From Gammaproteobacteria bacterium (GTDB taxonomy: Bacteria; Pseudomonadota; Gammaproteobacteria; Pseudomonadales; JAUIET01): 64,000 nucleotides of DNA. The DNA lies in the NCBI GenBank assembly GCA_030431775.1, contig JAUIHW010000002.1, forward strand, positions 131,087 through 195,086. The letters run 5' to 3'. Positions 46,632 through 56,772 of the stretch are shown one piece after another. The notes under the pieces were generated by a model that did no database searches, had not been told where the DNA came from, and saw nothing but the letters and a program-made list of their open reading frames with translations. The translations under genes and the position numbers were made by a program. Position 1 is the stretch's first letter. Each line of letters begins with the position of its first letter.

Positions 46632-48623
46632 GTGAGAAAATCATTTAATACAATTCTTGTGGCTGTTTTTTTGCAGCTATCTTTACCGGCCTTGAGTGCC
46701 AACGGTAATTGGCCACAGCATGGCTTTAACGCTGCTGAAACGCGCCACTCACCGTTGACAACTATTCATTCGCAGAATGTCTCCAGGTTAGGCCTCGCCT
46801 GGGAAACCTCGCTCGATAGCAGCCGAGGGCTTGAGGCAACGCCGATCGTCATCGATGGAATCATGTACCTTACCTCCAACTGGAGTCGTGTTTATGCGCT
46901 CGACGCCCGCACTGGCTCTATCTTGTGGAAGTTCGACCCGAAAGTTCCGGGCGAATGGGCTGCTAAAGGATGTTGCGATGTTGTCAACCGTGGCGTTGCC
47001 GTGGCGAATGAACGTGTGTTTGTTGGCACGTTTGACGGGCGTCTCATTGCTTTGAACGCAAATGATGGCACAGTGCTATGGGAAGTGAACACAATAGACC
47101 GTACAAAACCCTACACAATTACCGGCGCACCTCGGGTTGTGGGCGACAAGGTACTCATTGGCAACGGGGGTGGTGATTTTGGCGTTCGGGGGTATGTCTC
47201 AGCTTATGCTGTGGCCGATGGATCACTCAGTTGGCGTTTTTATACAGTACCTGGCGGAGCAGACGGACCGTTCGAGCACCAGGAGCTTGCTGAGGCAGTG
47301 AAAACCTGGGATCGCGACAGCCTTTGGGAAACCGGGTTGGGCGGTACAGTTTGGGACAGTATGGCCTTCGACCCTGAACTGAATCTAGTCTATGTAGGTA
47401 CCGGCAATGGCTTTCCATGGCCCCGCTTTCAACGCAGCCCGTCGGGTGGAGATAATCTGTTCCTATCTTCGATTCTTGCGTTAAACGCTGATACAGGCCG
47501 GCTGGTATGGCATTATCAGACAACACCCGGTGACAGTTGGGATTACACGGCGACGCAGCATATAGTCCTCGCAGATATCAAGTGGCAGGGGAAGCCTCGC
47601 AAGGTCCTATTTCAGGCGCCGAAAAACGGGTTTTTCTACATTGTTGATCGAAGTAATGGAGAATTATTATCGGCTAATAATTATGTGCATGTCAGTTGGG
47701 CATCTCATGTTGACTTAAAGACTGGTCGGCCGATAAGCAACGCGAGCGCAGATTACAGCAAAGGCGAGCGCCTGGTGATGCCTTCTACCCTGGGTGGTCA
47801 TAACTGGCATCCCATGTCATGGAATCCTTCAACAGGCCTTGTTTACATTCCGGCACAGGAAGCGGCCACGTATTTTTATCCAGATCGATTTACTGTGCTG
47901 ATGGCTGGTGCAGGGCCAAGAAACAAGATCGACATAGTGCCTGATGATACGTTCGGTACCGCCAAATTATTAGCGTGGGACCCTATTGTTGGAGCGGCCC
48001 GCTGGACAGTAGCCTATCCAATGTTTAGTAATGCCGGAGTTCTGTCCACTGCAGGCAACCTTGTTGTTCAGGGAGATGGCGAGGGCTTTCTCAACTTCTA
48101 CGATGCTTCCAACGGGTCTGTGTTGCAACGCATCGAAATTGGCACCGGAATAATTGCACCACCAATCAGTTATGATATGGATGGCATACAGTATATTTCT
48201 GTACTGGCGGGCTGGGGCGGCGCACTTTTCTCACACGCCGAGAGCGGTGTGGCGGCGCGACGTCATAGCAACTCAGGGCGGGTTATCTCACTGAAACTCG
48301 GTGGCGGCAAAGTGCCATTACCAGTTGCACAGCCAGCGATTAGCAGCAGGCTGCCAGGCCCAGCTCTTCGTGAACTCAATGTGCACGCTCAGCGAGGGCG
48401 CGATGTTTATGAGGCACACTGCGGTAGCTGCCACGGCTGGTTCGGTCACAATGGGTTGCTCCCTGATCTGCGGCGGAGCCCACCAGAGCTTATTGATGAA
48501 TTAGAGCCGATAGTAATTGACGGCGCGCTAAAGGAGCGCGGAATGCCTTCTTTTGATGGCCAGATCTCAGAACAAGAGCTTGATGACTTGAAAGTATTCT
48601 TGCGTGCCGTAAGGGCAGAATAG
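46632..48623 (+). CDS. PQQ-dependent quinohemoprotein alcohol/aldehyde dehydrogenase
   Basis: Signal peptide, beta-propeller W-repeat pattern (GLAWE, WHYQTTPGDSWDY), and a C-terminal cytochrome c domain with CGSCHG (CxxCH). Confidence 0.85.
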   Translation: MRKSFNTILVAVFLQLSLPALSANGNWPQHGFNAAETRHSPLTTIHSQNVSRLGLAWETSLDSSRGLEATPIVIDGIMYLTSNWSRVYALDARTGSILWKFDPKVPGEWAAKGCCDVVNRGVAVANERVFVGTFDGRLIALNANDGTVLWEVNTIDRTKPYTITGAPRVVGDKVLIGNGGGDFGVRGYVSAYAVADGSLSWRFYTVPGGADGPFEHQELAEAVKTWDRDSLWETGLGGTVWDSMAFDPELNLVYVGTGNGFPWPRFQRSPSGGDNLFLSSILALNADTGRLVWHYQTTPGDSWDYTATQHIVLADIKWQGKPRKVLFQAPKNGFFYIVDRSNGELLSANNYVHVSWASHVDLKTGRPISNASADYSKGERLVMPSTLGGHNWHPMSWNPSTGLVYIPAQEAATYFYPDRFTVLMAGAGPRNKIDIVPDDTFGTAKLLAWDPIVGAARWTVAYPMFSNAGVLSTAGNLVVQGDGEGFLNFYDASNGSVLQRIEIGTGIIAPPISYDMDGIQYISVLAGWGGALFSHAESGVAARRHSNSGRVISLKLGGGKVPLPVAQPAISSRLPGPALRELNVHAQRGRDVYEAHCGSCHGWFGHNGLLPDLRRSPPELIDELEPIVIDGALKERGMPSFDGQISEQELDDLKVFLRAVRAE

Positions 48624-48629
48624 ATGCAG

Positions 48630-49334
48630 TCAAATGTTCCAGCTGTCTGCATTCAACAATGTCGCACTTAACGCACCTAGATGATATTCAAGATTATCGA
48701 CTTTCCAGGAATTTTTATTTGCGGCTTCTTCAACTCGCGAATCACATGGTCCGGCCGTCTGAGCGTCGCTGAGAGAGGCCCACTCAACAAGCAATACCCA
48801 CTCAGCCTGCTTTGATGGAAACATCGGGTGTTTACCCTCCTGGCGGGCGAGCCGTACCCGCATTGCTCGCTTGTCAAGCAACAAGGGTGCATATTTCGTC
48901 TGGAACCACTCACGAAATTCCTCATGATTGCTTTCAGCAATATCCACGCGTAGCGTGGCAACTACAGGGGCGCAAACCGCGCCACTTCGGCTTGGTCGCG
49001 AATCAGCGCGTTTTGCGGACTCGGGAATTCCAACCACGCATTGCTGGCTGTAAACTGTGTTTGAGTGATTGCTGATTTTATTCAGCACTTCATCGACCAG
49101 TTGGTGATCATCTTCGCGTACCTGGACATAAGCATCTGATGAAAAGATAGCGAGATCAGGTACTTCGTATACATTGCAAATAAATGGGCCACCAACTTGA
49201 GAATGATATGCGCTGCAACTGTGAAAACCACTGGCTATCAAATCCGGCCCGTGGCGCGTGTCATACCACTTAACGAATTCATCAACATAGTCTGATTCGA
49301 CATCCATTCTCACTATATAGAGTAGCGGCAACAT
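48630..49334 (-). CDS. hypothetical protein with two tandem copies of an about 100-aa alpha+beta domain
   Basis: IVRMDVESDYVDEFVKWYDTRHGPDLI aligns by eye with TLRVDIAESNHEEFREWFQTKYAPLLL. It may be an EthD/DUF4286-like dimeric alpha-beta barrel (a guess). Confidence 0.5.
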   Translation of the reverse strand: MLPLLYIVRMDVESDYVDEFVKWYDTRHGPDLIASGFHSCSAYHSQVGGPFICNVYEVPDLAIFSSDAYVQVREDDHQLVDEVLNKISNHSNTVYSQQCVVGIPESAKRADSRPSRSGAVCAPVVATLRVDIAESNHEEFREWFQTKYAPLLLDKRAMRVRLARQEGKHPMFPSKQAEWVLLVEWASLSDAQTAGPCDSRVEEAANKNSWKVDNLEYHLGALSATLLNADSWNI

Positions 49335-49349
49335 GTTTTCGATCCTAAT

Positions 49350-50282
49350 TCAGGTGTTGGGCACTGAAATCTCGTACTGTGGGTACGCTAATGCGGCGCC
49401 AAAATCGCCAGGCTTGAGCATGCTTGGCGAACTCCGAGCGAGGAGCAGAAGTGCACCATCCTTGTCCGCTGTGAATTCCTCTACTATCTTTCCCGTTCCA
49501 GGATTCACCAGCCAAGCTACTCTGCCTTTAGAAATCTGTTGACCCACTTTTGTAGTCGGGTAGGTGCTTACCATCGCACCTGTCTCTGAAGGCAGATACA
49601 TGGCCACATCGCCATCAATAACAGCCACTTTTCCAGGTCCGCTGGCAGATCCACCGAGTTGTTCACGGTAGCGCAGTACATTCAGGCATCCCTCTATGCC
49701 TACGCTGATATCCGAGAGTGCTCCACCACCAAATTCAACCAACACTGATTTGCCACCAGAATCGCTGAATGCCAGTGAAAGCTGGCCAGGTTGTGCCATG
49801 TTCTTAATAATTGGCGTATAACCAAAGCTTGCAGAAAGTGCCTCGTCACCATAGTCATAGCTGTACCACAAAGCCATATCCGGCGTACCCGAATGTAGGT
49901 CAATCAAACAGTCGGTACTGTTCCGTAACTCTGTTATTAGCGCATGAGCAATTTGCTGAGTTAAAAATCCTTTTTCTGTGCCCGGGAAGACGCGATTCAA
50001 GTACAGATGGTCAGGGCTTACACGCGTGCCTACTTCGAGAGCGAATGGATTTGCAGCAGGACAAAGCAAAACTTGGCCGCGCAGATCCGATGTCTCTTGC
50101 AGCCGTTCCACCAACCCCCACAATGCCAGAGTACCTAGCGGTTTATCCCCGAATACTCCTGCTACAAAGGCTGTGGTTGGGCCAGGGGTTTTTCCGACTA
50201 ACTCGACAAAGTGAAGCCGCCAAGGCTCGCCGTCAGCACGCCTGCTTACCTGGATCGAATAGTCGCGCCGGGAAGTTGTCAT
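49350..50282 (-). CDS. AstE/AspA-family protein, atypical (paralogue of 34635..35642)
   Basis: VLLCPAANPFALEVG, LNRVFPG and IDLHSGTP. The zinc motif position reads AGVFGDK. Confidence 0.65.
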   Translation of the reverse strand: MTTSRRDYSIQVSRRADGEPWRLHFVELVGKTPGPTTAFVAGVFGDKPLGTLALWGLVERLQETSDLRGQVLLCPAANPFALEVGTRVSPDHLYLNRVFPGTEKGFLTQQIAHALITELRNSTDCLIDLHSGTPDMALWYSYDYGDEALSASFGYTPIIKNMAQPGQLSLAFSDSGGKSVLVEFGGGALSDISVGIEGCLNVLRYREQLGGSASGPGKVAVIDGDVAMYLPSETGAMVSTYPTTKVGQQISKGRVAWLVNPGTGKIVEEFTADKDGALLLLARSSPSMLKPGDFGAALAYPQYEISVPNT

Positions 50283-51298
50283 CGATTAACCTTTGGAATC
50301 ACGTCATGTGCGATCGCATCAATACACTCTAGGGTTTCGCTTATTCCTGGCCCTTGAAAGTGTCGAAGGCGTAGTATGAGTTCCTCAGGCTGAATCGTCT
50401 CCGCCCATTCACCTATCTGGTCCAACCAAGTCTGCGCACCACCGCAGAGTACGCGATCAGGCAGTACATGATCCAGCGTAAGCTGTTCTGGACTCCGTAC
50501 TTCTTCTAGCCAGGCATCAAAGCGTGGGTTATAGGCGTTGCCACGACGAAAGTAAACCTGAGAGTAACCTAGTACGTGTGGTCCATAGGTTGCTCGTGCG
50601 GCAGCATCATCAATATCGAACCAGGCTTCACGTAACAGTACAATACGAGGCTGCTTCCCAACTTTCTCGCATTCTTCACGGTAGATATCTGCAAGCCAAC
50701 GAATCCAGCGTCCGCTTCTGATTGGGTCGGTTACCCAGCCGTCCGCGAGTCGCGCTGCGCGCCGCACACCAGGGGCACTCCAGGCGGCAGCAAAAACTTC
50801 GAGCTTATCCTGACCCAAAGCTGGATCGCGGCCAATTACGGTGCCCTGCCATGGTGAAGGAACTTCGATTGTACGCCCTTCGCGGTGCGCAGCTATTACT
50901 TCCATACCTTTTTCCATACGCGGGTGCCGCTCGTCAAGCGAAACACCAAAAGGCGCGTAATCTCCTTCAAAATAACCGGCACCCGTCGTTAGCCGAAAAC
51001 GGCCGGGGAACATAGCGTCAAGTAGGCAGGCATCCTCAGCGACCGATACCGGATGGTGTACCGGCAGCACCGTTACGCCGGTGCAGAACTTCAGCCTGCT
51101 CGTGCGCGCAAGACCGACAGCGCAAACCAGCTCAGGGTTAGTCGCATAGCTGGTATCACCTGCATGCTTTTCACCAGTATATGCTGCGTAAAAACCATTC
51201 TTCTCAGCGGCCTCAGACTCGGCGAGAAAACCAGCTAAGTCAAGTTCCCGGCTGCCGTTAACTACTTTCTGCAGAGCTGGTGCAATACTAAATTTCAT
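50279..51298 (-). CDS. LLM-class flavin-dependent oxidoreductase (paralogue of 35642..36697)
   Basis: FRLTTGAGYFEGDYAPFG and AAAWSAPGVRRAARLADGWV, collinear with the 35.6-kb LLM. 4-nt ATGA overlap with the AstE-like gene. Confidence 0.8.
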   Translation of the reverse strand: MKFSIAPALQKVVNGSRELDLAGFLAESEAAEKNGFYAAYTGEKHAGDTSYATNPELVCAVGLARTSRLKFCTGVTVLPVHHPVSVAEDACLLDAMFPGRFRLTTGAGYFEGDYAPFGVSLDERHPRMEKGMEVIAAHREGRTIEVPSPWQGTVIGRDPALGQDKLEVFAAAWSAPGVRRAARLADGWVTDPIRSGRWIRWLADIYREECEKVGKQPRIVLLREAWFDIDDAAARATYGPHVLGYSQVYFRRGNAYNPRFDAWLEEVRSPEQLTLDHVLPDRVLCGGAQTWLDQIGEWAETIQPEELILRLRHFQGPGISETLECIDAIAHDVIPKVNR

Positions 51299-51558
51299 CT
51301 GGCGTTTCTCCCGATTACCTCTTAAAGAAAACTGTACTTGCTATCAAGCTAGCGGGGCCATTCAACAATGGCATTGCGTGTTCGACCTGCACTGTGCGCG
51401 TAATGAGCAGGAGGCTATCCATCACAAATCCAGCATTAAAGTGAACGCAAGCCTGCTCGGGATTGCTTGCCTGAAATGGACAAGCCCAACTCTTGCTATT
51501 GATTCAGCAATGCCGGGCATGCTCCGAAGCAAGTGTGAAGGATATATAAACCTGCCGG

Positions 51559-53790
51559 TCAAAACCTGACTATCACTTCGGCGCCAAGTTGACGCTCAAG
51601 GCCGGGATGACCTGAGTAAAGGCCAGGCTCAAGAGGTGCATCAATGATCCGTACAAAGTAGTATTCATCGGTCAGATTACGGCCAAATATTGCAACTTCG
51701 ATATTCTCTCTGGGCAAAAATGCAAGCCTAGCGCTAAGCAGCCCATAGGAAGACACTGCGGTATTTTGATCCAGGTCGCCATCAAAGGTTGTATTATCAC
51801 GCCATGCATACTCAGCTCTGATATACCCACTTGAATCACCAACATTAAAGTCCTGCTGCCCGCTTATAACATAGCGCACCTTTGGGCTGTTATTTACACC
51901 ACGGCCAGAAAGGTCCGCGGTACCTGGGATAGCACCGTTGCAAGTTCCAGCCGTAATTTGCGGTACTGGACAGGGGGCCCCTGTAAATTCATCAAACTCC
52001 GCATCAATATAGGCCATCGCAAAGGACAACGATCCGCCTTCCCAGAGGCTGGCATTGATATCCAGCTCCAGTCCGCTGGTTTGTACAACACCAGCATTCG
52101 TGAAAACAAAAGAGTTCGCGTTGACATCGAATGCGGACGCCTGGAAGTCCTGAAACTCAGAGAAAAACACTGTAGCTGTCATGCTCAGTCTGTTATCCAG
52201 CATTGCTGTTTTGACACCTAGTTCAAAGCTGTCCACAGTTTCAGGTTCAACGATCGGGCCTTCAAAGTCTCCTAAGAAGAACGTCGAGCCAATCGGGTTA
52301 TCAATGTTACCGCTTTTATAACCTCTTGAATAAGAGCCGTAAAACATGGTGTTCTCAGACGGAAAATACTGCAGTCCGATAGTCCCCATCCAATCAGCGT
52401 CGTCGATAGAATGCTCCACGAATGGCTGGTCACCAGGAAACAGGAAATTACCTACACGCTTGCCGTCAACTGTCTGCTTCTCATGCAAAATTCTAGCTCC
52501 AAAAAAACCGGTCCAATGATCCGTGAATTTATAGGTGACATGACCGAAAGCAGCTACGTTCTCTACAACCACACCAGTTCTCCAATCATCTTGCAGATCT
52601 GCGCCGAAGATTCCGGCTGCGGATGTTTCGAGCCTAGTGGTCTCTACGATGTCATAATACAGGTAATACAGGCCCAAAATGTATTCAAGATCTCCGCCAG
52701 TAGGTGAGAGAAACTGCAGCTCCTGACTGTAGAAATCCATATCATGAGTAAGCCCCCCATCAATAATGTTGACATCAACGCCATCGACATCATTCCAATC
52801 GCTTTGCTCCCAGTTCCGATAACCGGTAACTGACTTGATCTGGTGACCACTGTCCAGTTCCCAGATCAACTCCCAGGCGCCATTGAACGCCTCAATATCA
52901 TCCCAAACCCGGCCTTCTCCAAGCGTGATATTATTGTCTTGATTCAGTTCGAGACCAGCCGCCTGAATCTGCCCCAAAGCGATTGCGGCAAAAGGCCCAA
53001 GCGAAGCAGGTTCGACTGCGGTGAAAACGCGGCCGCAACAGATGGCATCCTGCTCTTCGTAGGTCAGCGCCATGTTGAATTCGAACGAATCGCCCTGGTA
53101 AGCTGTTTTCAAGCGTATACCCAAACTGTCTTTCTTATTTTCCGTAGTGCCACGTGTCGGGTTTTGAATAATCCCTTCGTCCTGATTGTTTGAATAAAAC
53201 GAAAGACGTGCATTAAGGTTTTCTGTCAGCGGACCACTAAGCACGCCGTCAATACGGAGCTTTTCATATTCACCCTCATAGCTGACTGAAGTCATACCCT
53301 CGAATTCATCAGTTGGGTCGTTCGATACGATATTTATGAGGCCGGCGGAAACATTTTTGCCGAATAGTGTGCCCTGTGGCCCATTCAACACTTCAATTCG
53401 GGCAATGTCCCAAAAATCAACAAAGGCCGACCCCGACGGCCCCGTAGCAATCTGGTCAACGACCACACTGACGCTATGCTCAAAAGAGGAAGAGAACCCG
53501 CCTCCACCAACACCACGAATTGCCAGACTCTGTCCACCGCTGCTGACTCCGCCTTGAAACTGAACGGTGGGCGCAATTTTAAAGAGGTCTCTAACGTCTG
53601 ACAGACCCTCGAGATCCTTTTCAGTCAGCACATCCAATGAAACAGGCACATCGAGGAGATTTTGCTCTCGCCTCTGCGCCGTGACTACAATTTCCTCCAA
53701 AACATTTTGACCAACTGATATCTGTGGGATGGCCGTAAATGCAGTTGCAAGGATTGAGGACAGTAATACGGGTGTCTTGAAAATTCTCAT
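51559..53790 (-). CDS. TonB-dependent receptor
   Basis: Signal peptide, plug domain (EEIVVTAQRREQNLLDVPVSL, RIEVLNGPQGTLFG), a long beta-barrel, and a C-terminal ...VIVRF. Confidence 0.9.
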   Translation of the reverse strand: MRIFKTPVLLSSILATAFTAIPQISVGQNVLEEIVVTAQRREQNLLDVPVSLDVLTEKDLEGLSDVRDLFKIAPTVQFQGGVSSGGQSLAIRGVGGGGFSSSFEHSVSVVVDQIATGPSGSAFVDFWDIARIEVLNGPQGTLFGKNVSAGLINIVSNDPTDEFEGMTSVSYEGEYEKLRIDGVLSGPLTENLNARLSFYSNNQDEGIIQNPTRGTTENKKDSLGIRLKTAYQGDSFEFNMALTYEEQDAICCGRVFTAVEPASLGPFAAIALGQIQAAGLELNQDNNITLGEGRVWDDIEAFNGAWELIWELDSGHQIKSVTGYRNWEQSDWNDVDGVDVNIIDGGLTHDMDFYSQELQFLSPTGGDLEYILGLYYLYYDIVETTRLETSAAGIFGADLQDDWRTGVVVENVAAFGHVTYKFTDHWTGFFGARILHEKQTVDGKRVGNFLFPGDQPFVEHSIDDADWMGTIGLQYFPSENTMFYGSYSRGYKSGNIDNPIGSTFFLGDFEGPIVEPETVDSFELGVKTAMLDNRLSMTATVFFSEFQDFQASAFDVNANSFVFTNAGVVQTSGLELDINASLWEGGSLSFAMAYIDAEFDEFTGAPCPVPQITAGTCNGAIPGTADLSGRGVNNSPKVRYVISGQQDFNVGDSSGYIRAEYAWRDNTTFDGDLDQNTAVSSYGLLSARLAFLPRENIEVAIFGRNLTDEYYFVRIIDAPLEPGLYSGHPGLERQLGAEVIVRF

Positions 53791-53912
53791 AGGTTGATTC
53801 TCTCTTTATCTTCTAATAGCTAAATCACATTACTGGCTTCGCAATCCAAGGGTTTGAAATTCTTGCGAGCACCCATCCATTCCTTAGAGGCACTACTCCT
53901 GGAAAAAACATG

Positions 53913-53929
53913 AACTCTAAAATAGAGTT
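53913..53929. promoter_or_regulatory. perfect 7-3-7 inverted repeat AACTCTA-AAA-TAGAGTT (candidate operator)
   Basis: Lies about 125 nt upstream of the TonB-dependent receptor start. Near-identical site at 27291-27307. Confidence 0.4.
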
Positions 53930-54148
53930 TTAAATCTAGTTCTTATACTAATGCGAAGTAATCCGGTGGTCAAGAGCCTTGCTACCAACTATGCTCCCTT
54001 AGGCAAAGAACGCATTAAGCAATTGATATAAATAATAATTTTTAGTTGAAGCTTGGACGCCGGAGCATTTTTCACATGCGCAAGCTGTCACCGCATGAGG
54101 ATTACTGCCGCGACTTGGTTGAACGGGTGCAGCCCTGTAATAACCCGA

Positions 54149-54766
54149 TCAATTGTTACCCATATCCGCTAGTAAATTGATCAGCATAGACTTTAATTCA
54201 GCTATCAGCCTGCGCGCATCATTTGGCTTCAGAGTAAACAGCTGGCGCAAGAGACAGAAACAGATTTCCTCCATTATTATGGCTTTGATTCGCACTTCAG
54301 CAGGCTTGAGCTCAGGGAAGTATATTTTAATCAAACTAGAATTACGCTCGACGGCTTTTTCTTTTATCACTGACGTAATCGGATTCATTCGCGGTGAGTG
54401 CTCAAGCGCCTGCCACATAATGAGTTCGCCCTTGTTTTCCAGCCAGTATTTAGCCAGATCGTCAACAATGTTATTGATCAGCTCAGGTAATTCGTTGTCC
54501 GGTGCTGCCTCAGCGTAGAGAACCTGCATTCTCAGTTCCAGACGCTGGAACGCTCTTTGGGCTACCGCGGCGAAAATACTATGCTTGCCAGGAAAATAGT
54601 GATAGATCACTCCTGGAGAGATATTGGTGTGCTGCGATATCATCTGCGCCGTGACAGATTCGTACCCAAGTTCCATCACCAGCTTCTCAGCAGTATCCAG
54701 GATGTAATCAACCCGCTTCCGGCTGCGCTCCTGCCGTGGTCGGCTTCTTGCTTGAAGTTTTTTCAT
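54149..54766 (-). CDS. TetR/AcrR-family transcriptional regulator
   Basis: N-terminal HTH VTAQMISQHTNISPGVIYHYFPGKHSIF. 205 aa. Divergent from the 54981-57537 operon. Confidence 0.9.
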   Translation of the reverse strand: MKKLQARSRPRQERSRKRVDYILDTAEKLVMELGYESVTAQMISQHTNISPGVIYHYFPGKHSIFAAVAQRAFQRLELRMQVLYAEAAPDNELPELINNIVDDLAKYWLENKGELIMWQALEHSPRMNPITSVIKEKAVERNSSLIKIYFPELKPAEVRIKAIIMEEICFCLLRQLFTLKPNDARRLIAELKSMLINLLADMGNN

Positions 54767-54980
54767 TTATGTTTCCTTTTTTCGCACCGCTCGGTGCCCT
54801 GCTCTTTGCTCCATCAGATTTGGACGGGCCCTACGCAAAGCTTTCAATCCCGCAAGAATCGATATATAGTAGATACAAACCTCTATTTGTCGATTGATTC
54901 AGGTTAAAGTAGAGGGCTGATATCCACCGTACTTGTATAACGGTGAAACGCTCCGTTTTCAGAACACCAATCATCTAACA

Positions 54981-55529
54981 ATGAGCTGCAAGATGCACAA
55001 TTATACAGTCTCCGTGACCCGAAATTCCGACGACGATTTTATTTATTTCCCATTTAGTTTCGATGTACGAATTAACCTGCCGGCCCAGGAAGTTTGGGAA
55101 GAGTGGAAAACCACCCATCGTAACCACGACAACTGCTGGCTTTGGCCTATTAAATTCAGTCAGCCGACAGTGACGCCCTGGCCTCCAGCTGAGGGTGGTT
55201 TGCAAACGCTGACGTACCAGATACCCAATCCTCATGATGCGAGCAAGCCCAAGAAAAACGCAACATACCAGTTTCACATACTCGAATGGGATGATGACGC
55301 CATGACTTATGCCTATCGCGCGACAGATGATCACCCATTTCTTATTGGCGGGGGCAAACTGGTCATTACTGAAATTAACGCTCGTTGTTGTCGGTTTCAC
55401 TGGCAGGGTGAATACAAGCATATTGCCAAGGATCTCAGAATAGAAGCACAGGGGGATGTGTTTGCGTTTTTTCTGTGCCAGTTTTTTACAACAATGGCGC
55501 AGAATATTAAGAGCAAAGTGGGCTTTTGA
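54981..55529 (+). CDS. hypothetical protein, paralogue of 38807..39370
   Basis: Shares CWLWPIK, ATYQF, DHPFLIGGG and HWQGEY blocks with the 39-kb protein. Start ambiguous (TTG 54933, ATG 54981 or ATG 54993). Confidence 0.45.
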   Translation: MSCKMHNYTVSVTRNSDDDFIYFPFSFDVRINLPAQEVWEEWKTTHRNHDNCWLWPIKFSQPTVTPWPPAEGGLQTLTYQIPNPHDASKPKKNATYQFHILEWDDDAMTYAYRATDDHPFLIGGGKLVITEINARCCRFHWQGEYKHIAKDLRIEAQGDVFAFFLCQFFTTMAQNIKSKVGF

Positions 55530-55586
55530 TCCGATCTACGAGTATTTTGCTGATTATATTAGCAGTGACAGGAGAACAGTGAGGCT

Positions 55587-56756
55587 ATGAATTTTGATGA
55601 CTCTCAAGAATTGAGATTATTACGAGAGACGGTCCGCAAATTTGTCTCCGCTGAAGTTTCTCGCCAGCAAGCGAGGCAGCTTGATATTGACGCAAATTTT
55701 AATCGCGAAACGTTCAAAAATCTGTGCCGATTGGGGGTGACTGGTTTAACGGTACCGGAGGAGTATGGAGGCAGTGGAGTCGACATCGTAGCCGCAATAG
55801 CTGTAATCGAGGAATTAACCAGGCGAGGTACGTCCTTGGCTGGTCCATATATCCACTGCGCATTTTACGGCGCTATGAATATCCTCGAAAACGGCAATGA
55901 GCGCCAACGCAAGGAGATGTTACCCAAGTTTGCCCGAGGTGAAATGTTCTTTGCTTATGGATTAAGCGAACCGGACGTAGGTGGCGACCTTGCTTCCTGT
56001 AAAGTTACCGCAATACTGAGTGATGATCAGACACAGGTAAAAATTAACGGTACCAAACGCTGGTGCAGCGGCGTCAGGTTTGCCGATTACATATATACAC
56101 TGGTTCGAAGCGGCCCAGCAGAAAGTCGATATAAAAATTTGTCGCTGGTGCTAGTTCCCACAGATGCTACGGGAATCGAAATTACTGATATCAGTCACAC
56201 CAGTTTGCGGTATACCAGTACTACAGATGTCATTTATGAAGACGTGACAGTACCCGTCGAGAACATCGTCGGTGGTATAGAAATGTGGAACCGGGGCTGG
56301 CAACTGTTGGCAGGAAGAAGCCTTGATGTTGAACGCTTGGAGATCACAGCCGTCGCATTTGGTATTGCACAGGCGGCCGTGGAAGACGCTTGGCAGTATG
56401 CACAGGAACGAGTGCAGTTTGGTCGAAGAATCTGTGCACATCAGGCAGTGCGACACGAACTGGTCGATGCAAAAACCAAATTGGAAGCTTGCCGCCACAT
56501 GCTCTATCACGCGGCTTGGCTCGCCTCCCAAGACCGTGATTGCAGCGTCGCTAGCTCAATGGCGAAGCTCTTTGTCGGTGACACCGCTGTAGAAATTGTC
56601 CTGGCCTGCCAGCGTGTGATGGGCGCTTATGGTCTTGCCCATGAGTACGATATGGAACGATACGTGCGTGATATTCTTTGCATACCTATTGTGGGAGGAT
56701 CGTCAAATATGCAAAAAAATAATATCGCCGGCCGACTTAGATTACCTGAAAATTAG
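55587..56756 (+). CDS. acyl-CoA dehydrogenase
   Basis: 389 aa. [35 protein letters not shown] and a C-terminal [14 protein letters not shown]. Confidence 0.9.
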   Translation: MNFDDSQELRLLRETVRKFVSAEVSRQQARQLDIDANFNRETFKNLCRLGVTGLTVPEEYGGSGVDIVAAIAVIEELTRRGTSLAGPYIHCAFYGAMNILENGNERQRKEMLPKFARGEMFFAYGLSEPDVGGDLASCKVTAILSDDQTQVKINGTKRWCSGVRFADYIYTLVRSGPAESRYKNLSLVLVPTDATGIEITDISHTSLRYTSTTDVIYEDVTVPVENIVGGIEMWNRGWQLLAGRSLDVERLEITAVAFGIAQAAVEDAWQYAQERVQFGRRICAHQAVRHELVDAKTKLEACRHMLYHAAWLASQDRDCSVASSMAKLFVGDTAVEIVLACQRVMGAYGLAHEYDMERYVRDILCIPIVGGSSNMQKNNIAGRLRLPEN

Positions 56757-56772
56757 TGGGGGCCTGCCAGCG

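Noticed and set aside
54925-54945. 6-bp inverted repeat CACCGT-N9-ACGGTG as the TetR operator
   Set aside because: It is short, could arise by chance, and overlaps possible start codons of the downstream gene. It is not strong enough to call.
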